The position numbers and the translations under genes are program-made. Source: a virus. Taken from it: a stretch of DNA of 64,000 nt. The notes under the pieces were generated by a model. It worked only from the letters and a program-made list of their open reading frames with translations. It did not search any database and was not told the origin of the DNA. Of the stretch, positions 1 through 9,386 are shown piece by piece; positions within the stretch are counted from its first letter, which is position 1; each line of letters starts with the position of its first letter. The stretch covers positions 9,466-73,465 of IMG/VR virus record IMGVR_UViG_3300031772_002739; one strand, written 5' to 3'.

Positions 1-51
1 TAAAGAATAAAATATTGGGGAATAATATAAAATTACCTAGATAATCTGTAC

Positions 52-107
52 AGTACTGCTTAGTACTGCTTAGTACTGCTTAGTACTGCTTAGTACTGCT
101 TAGTACT
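52..107. repeat. 10-bp tandem repeat (AGTACTGCTT) x ~5.6
   Basis: cagtactgct tagtactgct x4 tagtacttta read directly; each unit contains the palindrome AGTACT. Confidence 0.95.
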
Positions 108-188
108 TTAAATATTTATTTATAAAGAGCTAATCGCTTCAAAATCGCTACGGTAAGATAACCTACGCTCCTTTTTCGCTCCCGCTCA

Positions 189-216
189 AAAGTACAACAA
201 TAAAATAATTTGTCAA
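189..216 (-). promoter_or_regulatory. sigma70-like leftward promoter facing the repeat region
   Basis: minus strand TTGACA-N16-TACTTT. Confidence 0.5.
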
Positions 217-236
217 GATATTTTAAAATATCAACG

Positions 237-245
237 ATATTTATA
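237..245 (+). promoter_or_regulatory. putative late promoter motif ATATTTATA
   Basis: same motif recurs just upstream of many + strand genes (3461, 4158, 8377, 10474, 30055, 31605, 41999). Confidence 0.55.
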
Positions 246-256
246 TTAGGAAACTT

Positions 257-763
257 ATGCAATCTGATCATAATAGGACAGTGTACGTTGATATGGATGG
301 AGTCGTTTCTGATTTTAGTTCACATTTTCAACATATCACAGGAACGACCACAGGTCAACAATGGGATGACAACGAACTGTGGGCGAGGATCAACGCACAC
401 GGAAAAGAAAAGTTTTTTGCGGAAATGCCTTGGGTTCCTGGGTCAAAAGAAATGTGGAACTTCATAACTGACAACTTTTTGAATGTAAAAATATTGAGTG
501 CTCTTGGAAGGAGCGATAAAGTTGATGGTGGTAAAACTGCAAAAGGAAAGTTGGCTTGGTTGAGAAAAACCATACCATCATTGAAAGAAACGGATATTTT
601 ACTCGTTCCTAACAAACATGCTAAAAAACATTATGCTAAACCTAGTGATATATTAATCGATGACACCGAAGGTAATATTAAAGACTGGGAAAGTAAAGGC
701 GGTATAGGAATACTTTTTAAAACTCCAAAAGATACAATAATAAAATTGAGAGAATATGTATGA
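257..763 (+). CDS. HAD-family 5'(3')-deoxyribonucleotidase-like protein
   Basis: DMDGVVSDF (DxDxV motif I), ILSA motif II, GKLAW, ILIDD motif IV. Confidence 0.85.
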   Translation: MQSDHNRTVYVDMDGVVSDFSSHFQHITGTTTGQQWDDNELWARINAHGKEKFFAEMPWVPGSKEMWNFITDNFLNVKILSALGRSDKVDGGKTAKGKLAWLRKTIPSLKETDILLVPNKHAKKHYAKPSDILIDDTEGNIKDWESKGGIGILFKTPKDTIIKLREYV

Positions 764-1224
764 ATAAAAAAACAGAATTAAAAAACACAATTAAACAACT
801 TATTAAAGAGATTCTAAGTGAACAATCATATAAAGTTGGCGGAAGATCTTACCGAACATTTCAAGATTCTCCACAAGTGACACAAAATCACGATCCGGAA
901 GTTACTGAAAACGGAAACTACGAAGAAGCAGATGAACTTCAAATTATCAAAAATATGGCTAGTATAGTTGAAAAGGTCAAAACGAAAACCGATAATCATT
1001 TTGAGTTGGTAAAAGCTATTAAACAGATTGAAGAACTTGTTGATTCTCTTTTGGATTTACATAAATCTCTTCCAATGTTCAAATCAGGAGAAGTAGCAGA
1101 AGTGGCTCCTCCTGGATGGGAAAAGACGGTTAAGGGTATGAAGAAACATAAAGGTGATATAGAAAATCCCTGGGCATTAGCATGGTCTATGAAAAATAAA
1201 GGAGACAAACCAAGTAAATCATAA
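760..1224 (+). CDS. hypothetical virion-associated protein
   Basis: N-terminal LKNTIKQLIKEILSE leader-like helix; C-terminal APPGWEKTVK..NPWALAW motif; ATGA overlap with upstream gene. Confidence 0.6.
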   Translation: MNKKTELKNTIKQLIKEILSEQSYKVGGRSYRTFQDSPQVTQNHDPEVTENGNYEEADELQIIKNMASIVEKVKTKTDNHFELVKAIKQIEELVDSLLDLHKSLPMFKSGEVAEVAPPGWEKTVKGMKKHKGDIENPWALAWSMKNKGDKPSKS

Positions 1225-1920
1225 ATGAAACTTCGGGTCTACAATGATACGTTAAATCCAGACCTTTGGGATGAGAATAAAAAACTTAAACCTGAGATTG
1301 GTAGTGTATTGTCAAAAGTATCTACGGACTTCTATAAATCAACCGAATTGAGGGGAGAAATTATAGACATTTTATTTTTAGGATCGTCAGCTAATTATAA
1401 TTGGAACCCCAATAGTGATATAGACCTTCATATACTTATTGATGTCACTCAGGAAAAGATGCATCCAACTCATACTCGAAAGTTTTTAGATGTGTTGGCG
1501 TTCAAGTGGAATACTCAACATGATATACGGATTCGGGGAAATAAAGTTGAGGTATACATACAAGATATAGGAGAAACCAACAATTCTATCGGAATATATT
1601 CATTAATGAACAATGCTTGGTTAAGAGAACCATCAAAAGAACACGTTGAGTTGGATAAAGAACAGATTAAACGAAAATTTAAAATTCTCAAACATAAAAT
1701 CAATCAGATAATAGAAACCGAAGATCCTGAAAAATTGAAGGGTGTAATGAAAGATATACGGAATTTTAGACAATCAGGATTGGATAAAACTGGAGAATTT
1801 AGTACGGAAAATGTGGTATTCAAAGCTTTAAGACACTCGGGATTGTTGACAAAGTTGAAGGATTCCATCAACAATTTTTATGATAAACAGGTTTCTATTA
1901 AAGATGATATATCCGTGTGA
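1225..1920 (+). CDS. Pol-beta superfamily nucleotidyltransferase
   Basis: GSSANYNW..SDIDLH (GS-x-DxD) plus VEVYIQ third acidic residue. Confidence 0.8.
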   Translation: MKLRVYNDTLNPDLWDENKKLKPEIGSVLSKVSTDFYKSTELRGEIIDILFLGSSANYNWNPNSDIDLHILIDVTQEKMHPTHTRKFLDVLAFKWNTQHDIRIRGNKVEVYIQDIGETNNSIGIYSLMNNAWLREPSKEHVELDKEQIKRKFKILKHKINQIIETEDPEKLKGVMKDIRNFRQSGLDKTGEFSTENVVFKALRHSGLLTKLKDSINNFYDKQVSIKDDISV

Positions 1921-3389
1921 TTATTACTCCAAATCCATTTGGTGTGACCACAATCCCAAATTCTATCAAACCCGTTGTTTTTCATATTTTCCCATTCTGA
2001 TAATGAATCGTCATATTTCGGTAATATGAATTTTAGTTTGTGTTTTTGAAATGACATTCGATTTTTAACACCTTTATATTTATCAGTAATATAATAATAA
2101 TTTGGTACTGTGTTTCTATCAAATTTCATCCCCATATTAATATAGACATTTCCGTTAAAATATCTACGATCACTATAACTAACAATAGATTTTGGATTGT
2201 GAGTTTTTACAAAATGTTGAAATAATTTGCTTGCACCTCCAATGGTGGTATAATTAAGTTTATTACAAAAACGTGAAATTTCCCACTCTACGGTTTTGTC
2301 AAATCTTGATGTTTTTCTAAATGTCATTACGGATACTAATTCATTGTCATGGTATAATCCCAATTTTATTGTTGATTTATCTTCACCTTGAATATGAGAT
2401 TTATTTAAAAATGTATTTTTGTCTTTAGTGGATATTGTTCTTATTTCACATGTTCTAGCAAAAATTTTGTTTGGTCGATATCCAAGTATAGAATTTATGA
2501 TCGATTTTACAATTTCTGTTTTTTCAATCCATTCGTTTTCTAAAATATGAATTAATCTTACTCCATGAAACAAACAATTATTGGTTTTATTAAGATGATA
2601 ATTTTTTTGAATTCCTCCACCTACGTTGCTGTGCCAATAAAGACCATTTATTTCAAATGCAATTTTTTTGAATGGTATATAAAAATCTAATTCTTTTCCA
2701 TTTAAAATAACACGATCACGTCTTTTAATTTCTATATTTTTTGGAACTATAGACGACAAGAATTCAAAGAAAGAACGTTCTAATTCAAGTCTACGATCAG
2801 GATGACATTTATTACAGTAAATGTTAGAAAGATGATATACTGAATGTTCAAATTCATTACCACATATATCGCATTTAAACTTATACAAATTTTTAAAATG
2901 ATATCCTATATATTCGTTTCTTTCAGATAAAAAAGTAATATTCCATTCTTTACATAGATTTTTAATATATTTATAATGTCGATCCATTATTTGTTCGTTT
3001 ACTTTTTGTATAACATCTGTAGTATTACGAATATTATTTACTCCATATCGGTTTAAACATGTTTGTTTTATTTGTTCATAGTTGTTATAATTTTCGTTTC
3101 CATAACGTTTCTTTTTAGTATTTTTACTTTTTTCTATGAATTTTTTTGATTGTAAAGCATGTTCGACACCATGTTTATTCATCATTGATTTTTTAAAATT
3201 TTCTACAACATTCTGTGTTTTCATGGGATGATCAGTTCCATAATTTTTTTGATAAGTAGATTTTTGACTTTTTTTCATTTTATCAATGACTTCTGGATTG
3301 TGTTGAGCACATGTTTTAGAACATGAAACTTGATTGTTTCGTTTGGTTCTAAATTCATTTTTACAAGTTGGACAAATTTTTAATATCAT
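1878..3389 (-). mobile_element. homing endonuclease-like protein (YG repeats + PD-(D/E)xK-like nuclease + GNAT-like C-terminus)
   Basis: CxxC motifs; KNYGTDH/KHGVEH/KRYGNEN/RYGVNN repeats; ELDFYIP..IAFEINGLYWHS; WEISRFC..GGASKLF..SYSDRRY; antisense to neighbours; likely start MILKICP at 3389. Confidence 0.75.
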
Positions 3390-3416
3390 ATGTTTATAGT
3401 TCAAATGTCGTTAATA

Positions 3417-3445
3417 ATTATAGAACGTCACGATATAAATGTCAA
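3417..3445 (-). promoter_or_regulatory. consensus sigma70 promoter of the endonuclease gene
   Basis: minus strand TTGACA-N17-TATAAT, perfect consensus. Confidence 0.75.
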
Positions 3446-3513
3446 ATTTTTATTTTTCAAATATTTATACATGTGAAGATATTATTTTCTATATTAACAA
3501 AACAGGAGTATTT

Positions 3514-4005
3514 ATGGCAGATTTATTAAATTCAAACGAGATATTCTATACATCATTTGAACCAAAGGTTCAACATCGTTTTCAGATGTATGTTGATGGT
3601 ATTCCAGCTTTTACAATCAAAAAAACCGATAGACCAAAGTTGACTCAAGAAAGAAAAGCTCTTGATCACATTAACTTACAGCGTTACTACAAAGGTAAAT
3701 CTATCTGGCAAGAAATTACGATGGAACTTTATGATCCAATCGTTCCGTCAGCAGCTCAGGCTGTTATGGAGTGGGTTCGTCTATCACACGAATCGGTAAC
3801 TGGCCGCGATGGATATATGGATTTCTACAAGAAAGATATAACGATCAATGTTATCGGTCCTGTCGGTGATAAAGTTGAAGAGTGGACACTTAAAGGTGCT
3901 TTCGTTACCAACGCTGATTTTCAAAACTTGGATTGGACAAACACGGGCGACCCATTAGGTGTGACTATAGTTGTATCATATGATTATGCCATTTTACAGT
4001 ATTGA
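3514..4005 (+). CDS. tail tube protein (T4 gp19-like)
   Basis: FEPKVQHRF..YYKGKSIWQEITMELYDP..EW..YKKDITI..EEWTLKGAF; AGGAG RBS before ATG 3514; late motif at 3461. Confidence 0.85.
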   Translation: MADLLNSNEIFYTSFEPKVQHRFQMYVDGIPAFTIKKTDRPKLTQERKALDHINLQRYYKGKSIWQEITMELYDPIVPSAAQAVMEWVRLSHESVTGRDGYMDFYKKDITINVIGPVGDKVEEWTLKGAFVTNADFQNLDWTNTGDPLGVTIVVSYDYAILQY

Positions 4006-4073
4006 TGTATCTCATTATCAACTACTTATAATTATCTCCTATATCATAGCGTAATCAAAAATAAAAGTTTGAC

Positions 4074-4111
4074 ATCTCTCCTCCTTATGTATAAGGGGGA
4101 GATTTATTTTT
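4074..4111 (+). terminator. stem-loop terminator after tail tube gene
   Basis: atctctcctccttat / ataagggggagat imperfect stem followed by T-rich tract. Confidence 0.55.
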
Positions 4112-4195
4112 AAAGTGACTGATATGAAAAATATTAATTCATCGTTAATTTTGGTTGATATTTATAAATGGTAAATCCTATATTTATTTGAGTGT

Positions 4196-5002
4196 ATGAT
4201 AAAATTAAAAGACATATTACAAGAAGCCTGTGAAAAAGCTCTTGCAAGAACGGTGCCTATAACTAAAGAAAATTTTGATCGTATGTTGCCGTCGTGTAGT
4301 GATGCGGTGGATGCAAATAAACAAGGATACGTAATTTATAGAGGATTAGAAAAAATCATACCATCCTTATACGCATCGGTGAACCCAAGTGAATATTATA
4401 GGTATTCAATGAATACAACAAATTTTTATACCGCACTCATAGACGTATTACCTTCTTGGGTTGATTATCCAAAACGAAGTCGTAGTATTATATGTTCTAC
4501 ATCGATGGGATCTGCTGGATGCTTCGGTAACACTATATATCAAGTATTCCCCCAAAATGGAGCGTCAATAGGTATATGTCCGAAATCAGATTTTTGGGGT
4601 TCTTTTAAAATAGTTAAAAATAGATTAAAATATGCTAAGGATATGGATTTATTCAATTACTGTATGGAAAGTTTTATTAGACATGTTTTAAACATAAAAT
4701 TTTCTTCATCCGATCTTACGCCGTCGGGCATCATTAACATACTTAAACAAATGGATGACGTTATGAATAATAAAAAAGATGAAATATACACAGCAGATGA
4801 ATACGATGAGAATATATGGAATGACGTTAAACAAAGGTGGAAAGTTTCCTGGATGCATTATTTTGATGAATTATTGGATCCAGAAAATAATGAATTTATG
4901 GTGATGCCAATTAAAAATTTTAATGTTACAGAAAAAAATGTATCAGGAAGAGAAGTGTGGACAGATGCTTATTCGTTGTTGAAAGTTGATGAAAGTCGAT
5001 GA
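4196..5002 (+). CDS. ADP-ribosyltransferase-like paralog 1 with MIKLKDILQE leader
   Basis: IYRG, YPKRSRSIICSTS..A..FG, REVW. Confidence 0.6.
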   Translation: MIKLKDILQEACEKALARTVPITKENFDRMLPSCSDAVDANKQGYVIYRGLEKIIPSLYASVNPSEYYRYSMNTTNFYTALIDVLPSWVDYPKRSRSIICSTSMGSAGCFGNTIYQVFPQNGASIGICPKSDFWGSFKIVKNRLKYAKDMDLFNYCMESFIRHVLNIKFSSSDLTPSGIINILKQMDDVMNNKKDEIYTADEYDENIWNDVKQRWKVSWMHYFDELLDPENNEFMVMPIKNFNVTEKNVSGREVWTDAYSLLKVDESR

Positions 5003-5054
5003 ATCAACGTTGATGTAAATTCGGTTGAACCACCATATCGTTAATAAAAATAGT

Positions 5055-5948
5055 ATGATCAAGTTGAAAAATATATTAGAAACATCTCAACCTTATAGTA
5101 AGAACATATCCGAATTAAGTGTTGGAATGGCTTCCTTACATGCGAATACAACTTTTAAAAACTCTTTTGATTTATATAAACAAGATTCAAGAGTTTTGTA
5201 TAGAGGAATAAGTGATAAATATCGTGGAAATTATTATTATGTGAATCCTCGGACCGCGGCTAGAATATCAAAAGACAGTAATAATCTTTATGTAGCTTTG
5301 ATGGATGCGTTACCTTCATGGAACGGATATCCGAAACGAAGTAGAAGTATTATTGTGGGAACGTCGGAATCTGTGGCTGAAGATTACGGAGATATATTTT
5401 TAGTATTTTTAAAATATAACGCTAACGTGGCTGTTTGTTCAGAAGACGATTTATGGAAAGGCATGCCTTATTTAATGAGAAAAACTAACGTCAACGGGTT
5501 AGATACTTATATGATGGGTTTAAATGAGTTGTTGATGAGTGTTAGTAGATATGATGATAAAATACCTGATATAGAAACTAAAACTTATTCGGAAAACAAC
5601 ATAGAAGAATTTTTTCAAGGTATGATATATCTTACAAAGGAAGTGTTAGAAAAGTCTATTAGTGATAGACTGGTTTGGAGCGCCGCCGCAAGGATATCGA
5701 AAAATATGCTTTTAAGTTCTTCCGATGCAAAAAATGGTTGGAGGAATTATTTTAATGATCTTTTTGATCCTGTTAATAATGGAATATCGTTATCATCTGT
5801 ATCAGAACTTCCATATGATGAAAAACATGAATGTTGGTCAGATAGTGATGCATTGTTGGTAAAGGATGAAGATCAAGCGGTAAGAATTTTATACAAATAC
5901 AAACCGCCCGATCCTAATCAACAGACTTTAGATTTTGGAAATGTATGA
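5055..5948 (+). CDS. ADP-ribosyltransferase-like paralog 2 with MIKLKNILE leader
   Basis: LYRG, YPKRSRSIIVGTS..A..YG, HECW; start moved to ATG 5055 to match the shared leader. Confidence 0.6.
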   Translation: MIKLKNILETSQPYSKNISELSVGMASLHANTTFKNSFDLYKQDSRVLYRGISDKYRGNYYYVNPRTAARISKDSNNLYVALMDALPSWNGYPKRSRSIIVGTSESVAEDYGDIFLVFLKYNANVAVCSEDDLWKGMPYLMRKTNVNGLDTYMMGLNELLMSVSRYDDKIPDIETKTYSENNIEEFFQGMIYLTKEVLEKSISDRLVWSAAARISKNMLLSSSDAKNGWRNYFNDLFDPVNNGISLSSVSELPYDEKHECWSDSDALLVKDEDQAVRILYKYKPPDPNQQTLDFGNV

Positions 5949-6799
5949 TCAAGTTAAAAAACATAGTCGAAGAATTTTTGAGATCGTCACCGGAGGGAGA
6001 AAGACGTAGGACGATTGATTTAGATCAAGCTGTTTCTTTGGCAAAAGATTATAGTGAATCGATAGAGATAGGCGGTAAAGGCCGGTTGTATAGGGGGGTA
6101 AGAGGCGCCGATCAACGTTATTATTATATAGATCCGTCCAGTTCACCAATGAGATATTCAAGAGATGTAAACAACATTTACATGGCTCTTATGGATACTT
6201 TACCGGCGTGGAGTGGATTTCCAAAAAGAAGTCATAGTATTATAGTTTCTACAGATTATACAGATGCTAATAGCTATGGTGCTTTGTATGTAGTGTTTTT
6301 GAAAAATGAATCGAAAATAGCTTCTGCTAGTTCCAAAGATATTATTTCGTATGCGGGAATGCCATATCTTTATGATAGACTGAACGTGGATTTAGAAGGT
6401 TATATGTATAGATTGGAAAAACTGTTTAACACTGGAAAAGAGTTAGGATGGTATATGCCTACGACAGGAAAACATGATTATACCTACAAAAATATAGAAG
6501 ATTTTTACAACGAAATGAGCGATTTAACTGTGGAACGGTTGAAAATTCTTCAAACTAAGTTTCAGAACTACGTTAAGATAACTAATGTGATAGATGATAT
6601 GTTGAAACATCCTGATCCAGAAAACGGATGGAAAAATTATTTTAATGAATTATTAAGTCCAACAAAAAATGGTATAACTTTAGAAACGATATCATCTATA
6701 AAATACAATGATGGTAGAGAATGTTGGACAGAATTTCCTGCTATACTTGTCAGACAAACTTTTTTGGGTGGATTTATTGATGCTTATAATAATGTATGA
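5945..6799 (+). CDS. ADP-ribosyltransferase-like paralog 3 with MIKLKNIVEE leader
   Basis: LYRG, FPKRSHSIIVSTD..A..YG, RECW. Confidence 0.6.
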   Translation: MIKLKNIVEEFLRSSPEGERRRTIDLDQAVSLAKDYSESIEIGGKGRLYRGVRGADQRYYYIDPSSSPMRYSRDVNNIYMALMDTLPAWSGFPKRSHSIIVSTDYTDANSYGALYVVFLKNESKIASASSKDIISYAGMPYLYDRLNVDLEGYMYRLEKLFNTGKELGWYMPTTGKHDYTYKNIEDFYNEMSDLTVERLKILQTKFQNYVKITNVIDDMLKHPDPENGWKNYFNELLSPTKNGITLETISSIKYNDGRECWTEFPAILVRQTFLGGFIDAYNNV

Positions 6800-7632
6800 T
6801 CAAGTTAAAAAATATATTGAATGAAATCAGAAGGGTGCCTGTTAATATAAACAGCTCTTTAGCTTTTATGAGATCCAAATGTTCTTTAGCCGTTGGTCAC
6901 GCTAGAGAGGGAAGAGTTGTTTATCGTGGTGTTGAGACTGCCACAAAACCAGCATATTATCTAGATCCTTCAAAAGAGTCGAGGACATCGAAAGATACTA
7001 ACAATCTTTATCAGGCTATAATGGCTACGTCTCCAAATTGGGATGGGTATCCAAATAGAGAACAGAGTGTTATGTTTTCACCGATGAAAAGCACAGCAGA
7101 TGAATACGGAGAAGCATATTTTGTGTTTGTTCCAGATGATGCTAATATAGTTATGACAACATTAAGCCATGGAGATTTTTGGCACTCTATGGATAATATT
7201 GAAAAACGAATCACGGCAGACATTCCATCGTTGATGAATATTATTAAAGGAATAAGTAACTATTCAAATATAAATCCCGATTTAAATTTTGAATTCCCCA
7301 ATGTAGTAGAACATGTTTTTACATCATCTGATGTTAATAAGTTCTACGAGGAAATGAAAAAGTTTACTAAAGAAAAAATTGAATATTTAATTCAAGTTAA
7401 AAAACCTTGGCCACATGCTAAACCGTTTTACTTGGATATGTTGAAACATTATGATGCCGAAAACGGATGGAGAAACTATTTCAATGATTTGTTTGATCCT
7501 CAAAAGAATAAAATAAAGTTGGGTGGAGTTAACGACATCCCATATAGAAAAGATGAAGAATGTTGGACGGATTCTCCTGTATTGTTGTTGTCTTGTGGTT
7601 TGAATGTAAATAAAATTTTGAACGATTTATAA
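6796..7632 (+). CDS. ADP-ribosyltransferase-like paralog 4 with MIKLKNILNE leader
   Basis: VYRG, YPNREQSVMFSP..A..YG, EECW. Confidence 0.55.
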   Translation: MIKLKNILNEIRRVPVNINSSLAFMRSKCSLAVGHAREGRVVYRGVETATKPAYYLDPSKESRTSKDTNNLYQAIMATSPNWDGYPNREQSVMFSPMKSTADEYGEAYFVFVPDDANIVMTTLSHGDFWHSMDNIEKRITADIPSLMNIIKGISNYSNINPDLNFEFPNVVEHVFTSSDVNKFYEEMKKFTKEKIEYLIQVKKPWPHAKPFYLDMLKHYDAENGWRNYFNDLFDPQKNKIKLGGVNDIPYRKDEECWTDSPVLLLSCGLNVNKILNDL

Positions 7633-7636
7633 ATGT

Positions 7637-8377
7637 ATGATTAAATTAAAGAATATATTAGAATCTTTATCAGAACACCCCCTTACCGAAAGTGTGTTTG
7701 ATAAAGGGTTATTTAAGGCTGTATTTTTTTCAGGCATCCCAGGTGCTGGTAAAAGTTATGTCATTAACTCTATTACTGATGGTCAAATCCAACCCCGCAT
7801 TGTAAACTTTGATAAATATTCAGAGTTTTTGGCTAAAAAATATAATTTGCCAGACGCTGGCGATCAAGATTTTCCTTTTGTTGATCAGGCAAAAACAATG
7901 ACGATATCCCAACTTTCTGGATATGTTAATGGGTTACTTCCACTTTTTATTGACACCACCAGTAATAAAGCCAATAGAACGATGTTAAGAGATGGAGTAT
8001 TAAAATCATTTGGGTATGATACGGGAATGGTGTGGATTAATACTCCATTGGATGTGGCGTTAGACAGAATCAAACAAAGAGATAGATCGGTCTCAGATGA
8101 TTTCGTGGTATCTGTTCATCGTTCATTGGAAGAAAATATAAAATATTATAAAACTCAGTTTTCATTTTTTATTGAAGTAAAAAACGGCGCAGGAGAATTG
8201 ACTGATGAAGTTATTAGAGACGCCTATAAAACTGCTTCATCATTCTTTAGAGAAGACATACAAAATCCAATAGGTAAGAGAAATTATAAAAAGGCTTTTG
8301 ACACTACAGGATATTTGGTTCCTCACGTTTACAAATCGATAAGTGATATAAAAGTGAAATTAAGTAATTGGTATTGA
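7637..8377 (+). CDS. P-loop kinase (AAA_33/zeta-toxin-like) with MIKLKNILE leader
   Basis: KAVFFSGIPGAGKS Walker A; FIDTT; ALDRIKQRDR lid motif. Confidence 0.75.
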   Translation: MIKLKNILESLSEHPLTESVFDKGLFKAVFFSGIPGAGKSYVINSITDGQIQPRIVNFDKYSEFLAKKYNLPDAGDQDFPFVDQAKTMTISQLSGYVNGLLPLFIDTTSNKANRTMLRDGVLKSFGYDTGMVWINTPLDVALDRIKQRDRSVSDDFVVSVHRSLEENIKYYKTQFSFFIEVKNGAGELTDEVIRDAYKTASSFFREDIQNPIGKRNYKKAFDTTGYLVPHVYKSISDIKVKLSNWY

Positions 8378-8390
8378 TATTTATAAACAT

Positions 8391-9323
8391 ATGAAAGTCG
8401 TGGGAATTTACAGCGGGAGATTCCAGCCCGCACATAGAGGACATTTGGGAGTTTACAACCAACTGAAACAGATTTCAGCTGATGATACTTTTGTGGTGAC
8501 TTCTGATAAGGTAGAAATTCCTAAATCCCCCCTCAACTTTGCCGAAAAACAACAAATATGGGCAAGACATGGTGTTCCATCCTCTCATGTGGTCAAAGTT
8601 AAAAATCCATATAATCCTTTAGAATTAGTTCAGGGGTTTTCCAAAGAAACCGCGGCGCTGGTATATGCCTTGGGGGATCGGGATGCTGAAAGATTTTCTG
8701 CTAATAAAAAAGTTGAAAATAATAAAGTAATATGGACTAAAAAAGCTGGAGAACCATCATATTTTCAACCATATTTAGGAAATGAGAATAATCTTCAACC
8801 ACTTGATAAACATGGTTATATCATGATTGTTGGCGATGTAAAGATCGATGGGAAACCCATCTCCGGAACAAAAGTAAGAGAAATGTTGGGGTCTAACAAA
8901 TATAATGATGAACAAAAGAAAACATTTTTTCAATGGGTTTTTGGGTGGTTTGATATCAGTTTGTTTGATTTATTAAAAGAAAAATTTACCCCGTTTCAAG
9001 ATGATCAAGTAGAAAAACTCAAAGAAGTTATTGTAAAAATAGTTAATGAATTAGACGGATCTATAGGAACAATACCCGTTTCTTCTATACCAAGTGGGTT
9101 GCCAGCCGGAGATTCGATAGATCCAACTCAAGACGTGGTTGAAAAAACACCAGAAGAAGAACGTAAGGAACGGGAGTTAGCTCGTAAAAAATATGATGCT
9201 GCTGCTAAGAATTTGGAGTTCTTAAGAACCAAAGCTAAATATATATCCAAGGATAAAGATCAAAATATCAGAGATAGAAAAGATAAAGAAAAAGAAATAA
9301 ATCTTCTAAAAAAGAGCATATAA
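8391..9323 (+). CDS. HxGH cytidylyltransferase/NMNAT-like nucleotidyltransferase
   Basis: YSGRFQPAHRGH; ISGTKVR motif. Confidence 0.8.
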   Translation: MKVVGIYSGRFQPAHRGHLGVYNQLKQISADDTFVVTSDKVEIPKSPLNFAEKQQIWARHGVPSSHVVKVKNPYNPLELVQGFSKETAALVYALGDRDAERFSANKKVENNKVIWTKKAGEPSYFQPYLGNENNLQPLDKHGYIMIVGDVKIDGKPISGTKVREMLGSNKYNDEQKKTFFQWVFGWFDISLFDLLKEKFTPFQDDQVEKLKEVIVKIVNELDGSIGTIPVSSIPSGLPAGDSIDPTQDVVEKTPEEERKERELARKKYDAAAKNLEFLRTKAKYISKDKDQNIRDRKDKEKEINLLKKSI

Positions 9324-9386
9324 AAAACAAAAAGTTGTTACGTTCCCTATATATTAGTTGAAAAGCTAACACGTTTATAATACAAT

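Noticed and set aside
52-107. CRISPR array
   Set aside because: 10-bp units are contiguous with no spacers, and no cas genes are present.
5003-5014. 12-bp palindrome atcaacgttgat between ART-like genes 1 and 2
   Set aside because: Single occurrence with no loop or U-tract; could be chance.
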